Both the position numbers and the translations under genes were made by a program. Under the pieces are notes generated by a model, which worked only from the letters and a program-made list of their open reading frames with translations, searched no databases and was not told the origin of the DNA. Of a stretch of 64,000 nt of DNA, positions 32,768 through 41,752 are shown piece by piece. Each line of letters opens with the position of its first letter. The stretch's first letter is position 1. Source of the stretch: an uncultured delta proteobacterium (GTDB taxonomy: Bacteria; Myxococcota_A; Polyangia; Polyangiales; Polyangiaceae); contig CAVQUB010000009.1 in NCBI GenBank assembly GCA_963716725.1, positions 256,001 through 320,000 on the forward strand. The letters are read 5' to 3'.

Positions 32768-34080
32768 TTGCGCCCCTTCCGAGGTCGGGGCAGGCCGTAG
32801 GTCTCGATCCGATCGATCAAGGTCCGCCGCGGGATGCCGAGGACGCTCGCCGTGCGAGTCTGGTTGCCGGCGCAACGTTCGAGCGCGTCCAAGATGCGCT
32901 TCTTCTCCAGATCATCGAGCTCAGTCTTGAGGTTCGGAGCGCCCGCGCGAGTCGTGCGGCTCGGAGTCGCGAGCACCGTTCGGGGAAGGTGAGCGGTTTC
33001 GAGCCGGGAGCCGGGGCACAGGAGCACCGCGCACTCGATGGTGTGGCGGAGCTCGCGGACGTTGCCCGGCCAGGCGTAGCTCTGCAGGGCCAGCAGGAAC
33101 GCCGAGCAAAGCTCCGGGGCGGGCCGCCGGAGCTGTTCGGCGACCTCGTCTACGAAGGTGCGAGACAGCTCCTCGATTTCGTCACCCCGCTCCCGGAGCG
33201 AAGGCACCCTCACCACCACGCCGCACAAGCGATGAAAGAGATCCGCGCGAAAGTCTCCGGCGCCGACCATCGCCTCGAGATTGCGATTCGTCGCTGCCAC
33301 GAAGCGGACGTCGAAGGTGCGCGGACGGAGCGATCCGATCCGGAAGATCTCCTTGCACTCGAGGGCGCGAAGCAGCTTGGCCTGGGTCGGCTTCGGCAGC
33401 TCGCCCACCTCGTCCAAGAACACTGTGCCGCCATGCGCCGCCTCGAGCAGCCCAGGCTTGGGGTTGTTGGCGCCGGTGAACGCGCCACGCTCATAGCCGA
33501 AGAGCTCGCTCTCGAGCAGCTGCTCCGGCAGCGCCGCACAGTTGATGCGCAGAAAGGGAGCGCCCGCCCGCGGAGACGCCGCGTGGAGTCGATCCGCCAT
33601 CACCTCTTTGCCGACGCCGGTCTCGCCCACGAGCGTGACGGGGATGTTGCCTTTCGCGACGCGGTCGATCAGCTCGCGCACCCCCGACATGCTCTCGGCC
33701 GCGACCTCGACGGGCTTGCTCTCGGCTTGCACACACTTGAGCAGGACCAGAGCGTCGCCGATCTCGATGACGGCGCCGCAGGGAATGGGCGTGCGCGTGT
33801 GCGCGGTGAGCGAGCGACCCGCGAGCCGCGTGCCATTCACGCTGCCCAGGTCTTCGATGGCCGGTTTGGGCCCGAAGCTCAAGCGCACATGGCTGCGCGA
33901 CACGGAAGGGTGCGGCACCCGAACGTCGGCGGTCGAGTCGCGGCCGATCACGATGGCGCCGTTCATCGAGAGCGGCGTCGCTAGATAGCCGCCGTCCCAA
34001 TACGCGATGACCTGCCCCGCATCTGCTTTGACGCTGACGCGGGCGCGACGGGTGGTCTGGTCAATCCCCCGGGACATCAC
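32764..34080 (-). CDS. FHA-domain sigma54-dependent activator (bEBP, Fis HTH)
   Basis: FHA GR..SRSH..SVNG; GETGVGKE, GAFTGA, LDEVGE, WPGNVREL, GNQTRTA. Confidence 0.93.
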   Translation of the reverse strand: MMSRGIDQTTRRARVSVKADAGQVIAYWDGGYLATPLSMNGAIVIGRDSTADVRVPHPSVSRSHVRLSFGPKPAIEDLGSVNGTRLAGRSLTAHTRTPIPCGAVIEIGDALVLLKCVQAESKPVEVAAESMSGVRELIDRVAKGNIPVTLVGETGVGKEVMADRLHAASPRAGAPFLRINCAALPEQLLESELFGYERGAFTGANNPKPGLLEAAHGGTVFLDEVGELPKPTQAKLLRALECKEIFRIGSLRPRTFDVRFVAATNRNLEAMVGAGDFRADLFHRLCGVVVRVPSLRERGDEIEELSRTFVDEVAEQLRRPAPELCSAFLLALQSYAWPGNVRELRHTIECAVLLCPGSRLETAHLPRTVLATPSRTTRAGAPNLKTELDDLEKKRILDALERCAGNQTRTASVLGIPRRTLIDRIETYGLPRPRKGRK

Positions 34081-34092
34081 AGGTCCGGGATT

Positions 34093-34935
34093 CTACCGCA
34101 CGAGTACAGGCGGCGACTTGCGCGTTGTCATCAGCGTTTGCCGGTTGTGCGGCTTCTGCACAACCTGTCCGCCGGCTCGGTCCTCGGTGAGCAGCAAGTA
34201 GACGGCGCTGCCCAGCGCAATCGCGGAAAGACCGAGGAACGTACCGGCGGCAATCAGGCGAGGCTGAGTCGCTGCCGAGCCCCCCTCGGGCCCGCGGTGA
34301 GCCATCCACGCCATGTAGCCGCCGGCGGCCAGCCCCGTGAGCCCGCCGGCCAAGAGCGCGTGCGTGAGCGCGCGATCTGGGTGGGTCGCCCCCCGAGCCC
34401 GACCCCGCGCCCGACGCCGGGCCGTGGTCGCCTTGGCTCGCGCTTCCCCTGGAACCATCGTGGCGCTCAGGACCATCGCGAGGCTCCGGGGCGGATCGCC
34501 CCGGAGGACCGTCACCCTGGCGCGGCCCCGCCTGCCGCCTGCGGCTCGCACCACGATCTCGTGCTCGCCTGGGTCGAGCCGCATTTCTTGCGGAGAAACC
34601 CGGATGGCGGTCCGGATCCCGTCCAAGAAGATCTCCGCGTTCGTGACCTCGACGCCGGCGGCGTCGGTCACTTGCAGGCGCAACGCCGGCACCGACAGCT
34701 CCAGGTCGCGGAACCAGGCCGCGCACTCGGCTCGGATCGGCTCGGGGCAGGCCGGGGCGGCGCAGGTCAGCGCGGCCTCCCGCGCGAGCACCAGCTCCTC
34801 GACGCGGGTGTGGCGCTGCGTGCGCGCGTGCGCCTCGATGCAGACACGCTTGAGGGGCACCGGGTCGCCGCTCTGCGCTGACGCGATCATCGGAACGAAA
34901 GCCAGCGCGACTGCGACTGCGACTCTCGTAACCAT
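34093..34935 (-). CDS. Exported Cys-motif/PEGA-like protein
   Basis: Signal peptide; C..AH..TQ....AR....TC....CP..IR.EC..W; PEGA-like LDG..LDPGEH; hydrophobic C-terminal helices. Confidence 0.7.
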   Translation of the reverse strand: MVTRVAVAVALAFVPMIASAQSGDPVPLKRVCIEAHARTQRHTRVEELVLAREAALTCAAPACPEPIRAECAAWFRDLELSVPALRLQVTDAAGVEVTNAEIFLDGIRTAIRVSPQEMRLDPGEHEIVVRAAGGRRGRARVTVLRGDPPRSLAMVLSATMVPGEARAKATTARRRARGRARGATHPDRALTHALLAGGLTGLAAGGYMAWMAHRGPEGGSAATQPRLIAAGTFLGLSAIALGSAVYLLLTEDRAGGQVVQKPHNRQTLMTTRKSPPVLVR

Positions 34936-35028
34936 TGCAGCGCTCTCTCTTCCACAATCGAAGCGTCGTTGGCAAGCGCGCGGAAACGACCTGCCGGAAC
35001 GGCAGCTCCGCGCTGCGACGAGATCTGA

Positions 35029-35044
35029 CGGCACGCGTCTTGCG
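35029..35044 (+). promoter_or_regulatory. Sigma54 (-24/-12) promoter
   Basis: CGGCACG-CGTC-TTGCG; GG-N10-GC spacing exact; next to a bEBP gene. Confidence 0.7.
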
Positions 35045-35056
35045 CTACACGTTCAC

Positions 35057-35323
35057 ATGCGTGAGTCCTTCGTTCGTTGTTTGCTGATCCTCCGCGAGAT
35101 CCCCGAAGCCCCCGGTCGCGTCGACACGCTCACGCTCGCAGCGTTCCTGGAGCAGCGAGGCTTCCAGGTGTCGCGCCGAACCCTGCAACGAGATCTCGAA
35201 AGCATGTCGCGGGTGCTGCCCTTGGTCTGCGACGACCGCAAGAAGCCCTACGGCTGGTCCTGGTGCCCCGGGGTCGACGTTTCGCTCCCCCGAGTGGTGC
35301 GGCGGGGGGCAAGAGCTGCGTGA
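35057..35323 (+). CDS. Stand-alone winged-HTH protein resembling the N-terminus of WYL regulators
   Basis: LILREIP..LEQRGFQVSRRTLQRDLESMS..LPLVCDDRKKPYGWSW; 88 aa, no WYL domain. Confidence 0.75.
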   Translation: MRESFVRCLLILREIPEAPGRVDTLTLAAFLEQRGFQVSRRTLQRDLESMSRVLPLVCDDRKKPYGWSWCPGVDVSLPRVVRRGARAA

Positions 35324-35522
35324 GTTGTGCGAGCAGGTTGTGCAGAAGACGCACTTCGGCCCGGCGGCGCCGGCGCCCTGCCCCGGGGCCGGCCGGCCCG
35401 ACCTGCCCGACCCGCCCGACCGGGGGCGGGCGCGGGTGAGCGCTGGATCGCGGCGATTTCCCGTCGCGCGGCGGCCCGGGCGCTAACTCGCCCCTCGCTT
35501 CGCAAGCGCGTAAGCTGCACGC

Positions 35523-37344
35523 ATGATCTGGGTGCGTCGGGTGATCGTGGGCGTCAGCGTGACCCTCGCTTCGGCGGTGGCGTGTTCGAGCGATCCGGAG
35601 GTCACCAAGCACGAGGGGACGGGCGGCAAGCCGGGTGATGCGGGCTTCGACTCCACGATCTGCAGCATCGGGCAGTTCGTGTGCGGCGGAGACGTCGCAA
35701 AGCCCTGCCTCGGCAGCGGTCAGTTCGGCGATCCCGTCGACTGCAAGGCCGACGGCAAGACCTGCGCTGCTCCCTACGGCTGCGTGACGTGCTTGCCCGC
35801 GCAGCAGAGCTGCGAAGGCGGCGTCGGCAAGTACTGCAAGAACGACGGCAGCGCCTGGGAGACCTTCGAGTGCGACGCCGCCCAAGGCATGAAGTGCGAG
35901 CCAAAGGGCTGCACCGGGAGTTGCACGCCGCCAAGTCTGTCCAACAGCTACCTGGGCTGCGACTACTTCCCCACGGTCACGCTCAACCCGGTGTGGAGCG
36001 GCTTCGATTTCGCAGTGGCCGTCGCCAACGCCGGCAGTGGGACCTCCAACGTCGTCGTGACCCGCGGCTCCACCGAGGTGAAGAAGACGACCGTCGGCGC
36101 GGGCAAGCTCGAGGTGATCACCCTGCCCTGGGTCAGCGAGCTCAAGGGCGGCGACGTCGATGCCTGTCAGCTGCCGCCCGATCCGGGCGCGACGCGCGTG
36201 GTCAAGGGCGGCGCCTACCGGCTCCGCAGCGATAGCCCCGTCACCGTGTACCAACTGTCACCGTTGAGATACGAGATCAAACCCGCGCCGAGCGCCTGCC
36301 CGGTGGGAGCCAAGTGTCCGGGCGGATTCGGCTGCGGATTGCCTGGCGTTCTCCAACGACGCCACGCTGCTCCTGCCGTCGACGACGTTGACTGGGAACT
36401 ACACGACGCTGGCCTGGCCCAGCGCACCGAACCGCGCGGGCTTCGTCGCCATCACGGCAACGCGAGACGGCACCGATGTGCAGCTCCTGGGCAAGGGCGA
36501 CTTCGCCGCCGGGGCCGGCATCGACGCCGCGGGCAATGGCAAGGTCAGCCTCAATCGCGGCGACGTGCTCGAGGTCATCGCCAAGCACGACGGGCCCTCG
36601 GGCCAGTACGGCGCGGACATCAGCGGCACGCGTCTCAAGGCAAACCAGCCGGTTCAGGTGATCGCGGGGCATTCGTGCGCCAACATTCCCACGGCGACCA
36701 CCGACGCCTGCGACCACATCGAGCACTCGATGTTGCCCATCGAGACGCTGGGTAAAGAGTACTATGTGACCTTTCCAGCGGCGCTGGCGAGCCAATCTCC
36801 CCACGTGGTTCGCATTGTCGCCATCGAGCCGAACACCAAGCTGAGCTTCGATCCGCCCAGCGTCTCAGCGGACAAGACCCTGTCGCCGAGCGACCCACCG
36901 CTCGAGCTCTCGGCGGTGACCAGCGACTTCAAGGTCAGCTCCGACAAGGCCTTCATGGTCGCCCAGTACATGCAGGGCCAGGGCTCGGTACCGAGTGGTT
37001 CGGGCGATCCCAGCTTGGCGCTCTCGGTCCCGGCCGCCCAGTACCGCAAATCGTACACCTTCATCGCCAGCGCGAGCTACGACACCAACTTCGTGAACGT
37101 GATCGCCAAGACTGGCTCAACGGTGACCCTCGACGGCACGGCGGTCCCCGCGGCGAGCTTCACTGCCATCGGGTCGAGCGGGTTTTCCGTGGCTCGGGTC
37201 GAGCTGCCGCTGGGCAGCGAGGTGCATGCCATCGAGTCCGGCTCGGTGTTCGGGGTGATGGTGTACGGCTACGGGCGCTACACCAGCTACATGTATGCCG
37301 GTGGCCTCGACCTGACTCCAATCACGATCCCGCCAGTGTTCTGA
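35523..37344 (+). pseudogene. IgGFc-binding-domain lipoprotein split by a frameshift (~36320-36340)
   Basis: Frame A: lipobox AVAC, SYLGCDY, AYRLRSDSPVTVYQ; frame B continues DCLAFSNDATLLLP..CDHIE..GDPS..YGYG..SYMYAGG. Confidence 0.8.
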
Positions 37345-37467
37345 TCCGAGACACGTCGCGCCGAGCTGGTGCCGAAGACGAGTCGTTTGGGCCTGACGCC
37401 CCGAGTTCGGATATAGTTGGGCTAGTTGGGCCACGGTTCGCCGAGCGCGACCGCAAGGAGGCTTTCA

Positions 37468-39399
37468 ATGTCGAAGCAAGCAGAGAGTCTTCTCACCACC
37501 ACCAAGTTGAGTCGGGTAGTTCGCAGCACGCTGCTCAGCGGGTTGATGCTCGCCGGCGCGGCGGCCTTCGCCTGCGGTGGCTCGGGCGACGAGGGCACCG
37601 ACGGCACGGGCGGCAGCGGAGCCAAGGGCAGCGGCGGCAGCGCTGCTGACGGCGGCGGCCTCGGCGGCGCCGCGGGCTACGCGGGTGCGGCGGGCTACGC
37701 GGGCGCGGCGGCCTCGGGCGGCAACGGCGCGAGCACCGGCACGGGTGGCTCGGGAGCGAACGGCGGAACCGGCGCTGGCGGCTCCGGTTGCGTGCCCAAG
37801 ACCTGCGCCGACAAGAAGGCCACCTGCGGCACCATCGACGACGGCTGCAGTGGGACCGTCTCGTGTGGAACCTGTCCCGGCGGTCAGATCTGCTCGAGCT
37901 CCACTCAGACCTGCGCTCCACCCTCCAACGAGTGCAAGGCCATCGGCGCCGAATGCGGTGTGATCAACGACGCGTGCGGCGCCAGCGTCGACTGCGGCTC
38001 GTGCCCCGCGGGTCAGGTCTGCAACGGCGCCACGCGCAAGTGCGGCCCCTGCGTGCCCGCCAAGTGCGAGGGCGACAAGTGCGGCACCTTGCCCGACGGC
38101 TGCGGTGGCAACATCACCTGCACGGCCTGCGGCAGCGGCCAGGTCTGCGACGCGGTCAGCAGCAAGTGCATCAACTGTGCAAAGACGACCTGTCAGGCCG
38201 AAAAGGTCGAGTGCGGGACGATCAGCGACAAATGCGGGGCGGCGCTCAACTGCGGCGCCTGCCAGGCAGGGTTCACGTGCAACGGCGGCCAGTGCTTGCC
38301 GACGCCTCCGCCCACCGAGTGCAAGAACCAGGGCAAGAACTGCGGAACCATCACCAACAGCTGCACCGGTCAGCAGGTCGCCTGCGGCAACTGTCTGCCC
38401 GGCGAGATTTGCTCGAACAACCTCTGCGTGGCCTGCATTCCAAAGTCGTGCGCCGAGCTCAAGAAGACCTGCGGCCCAGCTGACGATGGTTGTGGCGGGC
38501 AGCTTCAGTGCGGCGACTGCACCACCAACCAGAAGTGCTACGGCGGCAACTGCTGCTCGCCGACGTCCTGCGCAGCGCAGGGCAAGAACTGCGGCAAGAT
38601 CTCCGACGGCTGCGGCGGCCAACTCGACTGCGGGACCTGCATCAACAACGAGAAGTGCGGCGGCGGAGGCACGGCCAACGTGTGCTCGCCCTGCGTGCCG
38701 CAGAGCTGCGCCGCGCAAGGCAAGAACTGTGGGGATCACAGCGACGGCTGCGGCGGCAAGGTGACCTGTGGCGACTGCACCACCAACGAGACCTGCACGA
38801 ACAACGGCAAGTGCTGCACGCCCACCAGCTGCGCCGCGCAAGGCAAGGACTGCGGCAAGATCTCCGACGGCTGCGGCGGGCAACTCGACTGCGGGACCTG
38901 CTCCAACGGCGAGCTGTGCGGGGGCTCCGGCACCGCCAACGTCTGCGCGCCCTGTGTGGCCAAGACCTGCTCGGCGCTGGGCAAGCAGTGCGGCACCACC
39001 AGCGACGGCTGCGGGGCGCAAATCGACTGTGGCCCCTGCCCCACCGGACAGGTCTGCGCCAACAACCAGTGCTGCTCGCCGACGACCTGCGCCGCCAAGG
39101 GCGCGCAGTGTGGCTCGACGAGCAACGGCTGCGGCGGTCAGCTGGACTGTGGTCCGTGTCCGAGCGGACAGGTCTGCCAAGGCAATCAGTGCTGCCAGCC
39201 CCAGACCTGCACGCAGATCGGCAAGCAGTGCGGAAGCTGGCCCAATGGTTGCGGCAGCCAAGTCACTTGCGGGCCCTGCCCCGGCGGACAGGTCTGCCTG
39301 ACCAACGGCACCTGTTGCGTTCCGCTGAGCTGCACCGGCAAGTGCGGCTACAGCGGATCGGATGGTTGTGGCGGCCAGGTCGTCTGCCCGCCCTGCTGA
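37468..39399 (+). CDS. Cys-rich tandem-repeat lipoprotein (about 13 CxPxxC..CG...DGCG..CG.C repeats)
   Basis: AAGGAGG SD; lipobox AFAC; Gly linker; repeats run to the stop codon. Confidence 0.85.
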   Translation: MSKQAESLLTTTKLSRVVRSTLLSGLMLAGAAAFACGGSGDEGTDGTGGSGAKGSGGSAADGGGLGGAAGYAGAAGYAGAAASGGNGASTGTGGSGANGGTGAGGSGCVPKTCADKKATCGTIDDGCSGTVSCGTCPGGQICSSSTQTCAPPSNECKAIGAECGVINDACGASVDCGSCPAGQVCNGATRKCGPCVPAKCEGDKCGTLPDGCGGNITCTACGSGQVCDAVSSKCINCAKTTCQAEKVECGTISDKCGAALNCGACQAGFTCNGGQCLPTPPPTECKNQGKNCGTITNSCTGQQVACGNCLPGEICSNNLCVACIPKSCAELKKTCGPADDGCGGQLQCGDCTTNQKCYGGNCCSPTSCAAQGKNCGKISDGCGGQLDCGTCINNEKCGGGGTANVCSPCVPQSCAAQGKNCGDHSDGCGGKVTCGDCTTNETCTNNGKCCTPTSCAAQGKDCGKISDGCGGQLDCGTCSNGELCGGSGTANVCAPCVAKTCSALGKQCGTTSDGCGAQIDCGPCPTGQVCANNQCCSPTTCAAKGAQCGSTSNGCGGQLDCGPCPSGQVCQGNQCCQPQTCTQIGKQCGSWPNGCGSQVTCGPCPGGQVCLTNGTCCVPLSCTGKCGYSGSDGCGGQVVCPPC

Positions 39400-39412
39400 G
39401 ATACACCCCCCT

Positions 39413-41287
39413 ATGCGTTCAGCTTTCTTGATCACGACCCTGGTGTTCGGGTCGTTGTCGCTCGCCATCGCCTGCGGTGACGACGACGGCGGCTCGAGCA
39501 AGAAGAAGAGCGACGCCGGCACCGACGCGTCCACCGACTCGGAAGGCGGCATCGATGGCGGCCCTGATGCGAAGACTTACGCCTCGTGCTCGAGCGACGA
39601 CTGGTGCTGGGAGCTGCCGCGACCCCAAGGCAACACGCTCCGAGGCGTGTGGGCGACGAGCGACAAAGACATCTGGGCCGTCGGCGACCGCGGGACCGTC
39701 ATTCATTGGGACGGCAAAGGCTGGGAAGGCCTCGAGTCCGGCACCACCGAAGACCTGACGGCGATCTGGGGAGCCAGCGCCACCCGCGCTTGGGCCGTGG
39801 GCGCCCTGGGCACCATCGTGTCCTGGGACGGCAAGGCGTGGTCCAAGCTCGACCTCCCGATGGACGCCGAGGCAGGCGCCGACGCGGGCGTGACCACCAA
39901 CTTCCACGACGTGTACGGCGCCAGCGCCGACGACGTGTGGGTGGTCGGCGACGGCGGAGCGATTTGGCACTTCGACGGCCAAGCGTGGGCGACCGAGAGC
40001 AACCCCAACCCGCAGACCCTGCGAACGGTCTTCGCCGCGACGACAGGCAAGGCGTGGGCAGCCGGCGACGGCGGCGTCGTGCTCGAGTGGAGCGGCACGG
40101 ACTGGGCCGTGGCCACCACGGGTGGGCCAGGGTTCTTGGCGCTCGACGGGACCCCCGATGGCGCGGTGATCGTGGCGTCGGGCCAAGGCGGCTACTTCAT
40201 TTCGAACGCAAGCGGCGCCTGGAAAGGCGAGCAAATCCCGGGCGCGACCAACCTGCGCAGCGTATGGCTCGAAAGCAGCGAGCGCCCCTGGGTCTTCGGC
40301 GACGGCGGGCAGATCTTCCGCTTCGACGCGACCGCGAAGACCTGGAGCAAGATCGCCAGCAACACCACGCGCGCGTTTCTCAGCGCGGACGGGCCCGACA
40401 ACGACAGCGTCTTCGTCGCGGGCGAGAGCGGCATCATGATGCGCTGGGATGGCGACGCGCGCGCCTTGATTTCGAGCGGCTCGTCGGCGAATCGCCTCGC
40501 GCTCGCCGGCTCGGGCCCCAAAGACGTGTGGGTGGTCGGCGACGAGGTGCTGCACGATCAGGGCAGCGGCTGGCAGGTGGTGCAGCCGGGCACTCCCCGC
40601 GCGCTCTACGACGTCGCGGCGGTCGCGGCGGGAGACGCCTGGGCCGTCGGCACCGGGGGAACGGTGCTGCACTGGAAGGGAACTCCCGCGAGCTGGGAGC
40701 TCGTCGACGTAAAGTCCCTGGCTTGGCTGCGGGGCGTGGCAGTGACCTCGACCGGCGGTTGGATCGTCGGCGAAAAGGGCGCGCTCTTCGCGCTCATCAA
40801 CCAGACCAGCTGGATCGCGACCCCGAGCAATACCAGCGCCACCCTGAACGACGTGTGGATCGCCAGCGGATCTGACGCCTGGGCGGTCGGCGAAAATGGC
40901 ACGCTGATGCACTGGAACGGCACCGCCTGGGCCCCGTACCCGATCACGAATGAAGCGGGTCCCGTGCCGACCTTGCGCGCGGTCTGGGGCGCCGACGCAA
41001 AAGACGTGTGGGCCGTCGGCGTGAACGGCACGGTCGCCCGCTACGACGGCAGCTCATGGAGCGTGACCCGATCCGGCGAGGGCTACTCGCTCAACGACAT
41101 CTGGGGCAGCTCGGCCAGCGACGTGTACGCCGTGGGCTCCGACGGCAAAGTGCTGCACTTCGACGGCTCGGTCTGGACCGAACAGGACACAGCGGTGGGC
41201 GAAACCCTGAACGCGGTCTGGGGCCCAGACGCGAAGAACGTATTCATCGCCGGCGAAGGCGGCGCGCTCCTACGGCAGTCGAAGTAG
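39413..41287 (+). CDS. Beta-propeller repeat lipoprotein
   Basis: Lipobox AIAC; repeated L..VWG....DVWAVG..G..LHWDG..W blades. Confidence 0.85.
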   Translation: MRSAFLITTLVFGSLSLAIACGDDDGGSSKKKSDAGTDASTDSEGGIDGGPDAKTYASCSSDDWCWELPRPQGNTLRGVWATSDKDIWAVGDRGTVIHWDGKGWEGLESGTTEDLTAIWGASATRAWAVGALGTIVSWDGKAWSKLDLPMDAEAGADAGVTTNFHDVYGASADDVWVVGDGGAIWHFDGQAWATESNPNPQTLRTVFAATTGKAWAAGDGGVVLEWSGTDWAVATTGGPGFLALDGTPDGAVIVASGQGGYFISNASGAWKGEQIPGATNLRSVWLESSERPWVFGDGGQIFRFDATAKTWSKIASNTTRAFLSADGPDNDSVFVAGESGIMMRWDGDARALISSGSSANRLALAGSGPKDVWVVGDEVLHDQGSGWQVVQPGTPRALYDVAAVAAGDAWAVGTGGTVLHWKGTPASWELVDVKSLAWLRGVAVTSTGGWIVGEKGALFALINQTSWIATPSNTSATLNDVWIASGSDAWAVGENGTLMHWNGTAWAPYPITNEAGPVPTLRAVWGADAKDVWAVGVNGTVARYDGSSWSVTRSGEGYSLNDIWGSSASDVYAVGSDGKVLHFDGSVWTEQDTAVGETLNAVWGPDAKNVFIAGEGGALLRQSK

Positions 41288-41330
41288 CTCCGCGCTGCGC
41301 TCCCGCTGCGCGCGGACGTCACCGCTGCCC

Positions 41331-41651
41331 TCAGACCGGTGTCGCGAGCTTGAGACCGACGATGCCCGCGATGATGAGCCCGAGGCTCAGCAGACGTGGG
41401 GCGCTTGCAGGCTCACCCAACAGCACGATTCCAAGGATCGCCGTGCCGATGGCGCCCACACCCACCCAGACGGCATACGCCGTCCCGACCGGCAGCGACT
41501 TCATCGCGACGCCGAGCAGACCGAGGCTGATGAGCATGGCCACCGCAGTGCCCAGCGTTGGCCAGACGCGCGTGAACCCGTCTGTGTACTTGAGCCCGAT
41601 GGCCCAGCCGACTTCGAACAGCCCTGCGACGACGAGGATGATCCAGTTCAT
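41331..41651 (-). CDS. sugE: SMR family guanidinium exporter Gdx/SugE
   Basis: [43 protein letters not shown]. Confidence 0.95.
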   Translation of the reverse strand: MNWIILVVAGLFEVGWAIGLKYTDGFTRVWPTLGTAVAMLISLGLLGVAMKSLPVGTAYAVWVGVGAIGTAILGIVLLGEPASAPRLLSLGLIIAGIVGLKLATPV

Positions 41652-41752
41652 GGGACGATGGCCGCCGGCTCCCGTCCCCGTCGTTCCACCGACGTGACGG
41701 TCCGGATTTGCCGGGCGCTGTCTGTACCTGAAGCCCGCGGGGTGGGCAAAGC

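Noticed and set aside
35360..35440. GC-only low-complexity stretch as a structured RNA
   Set aside because: Inverted and short direct repeats (CCCGAC) are expected at this GC content; at most a terminator-like element
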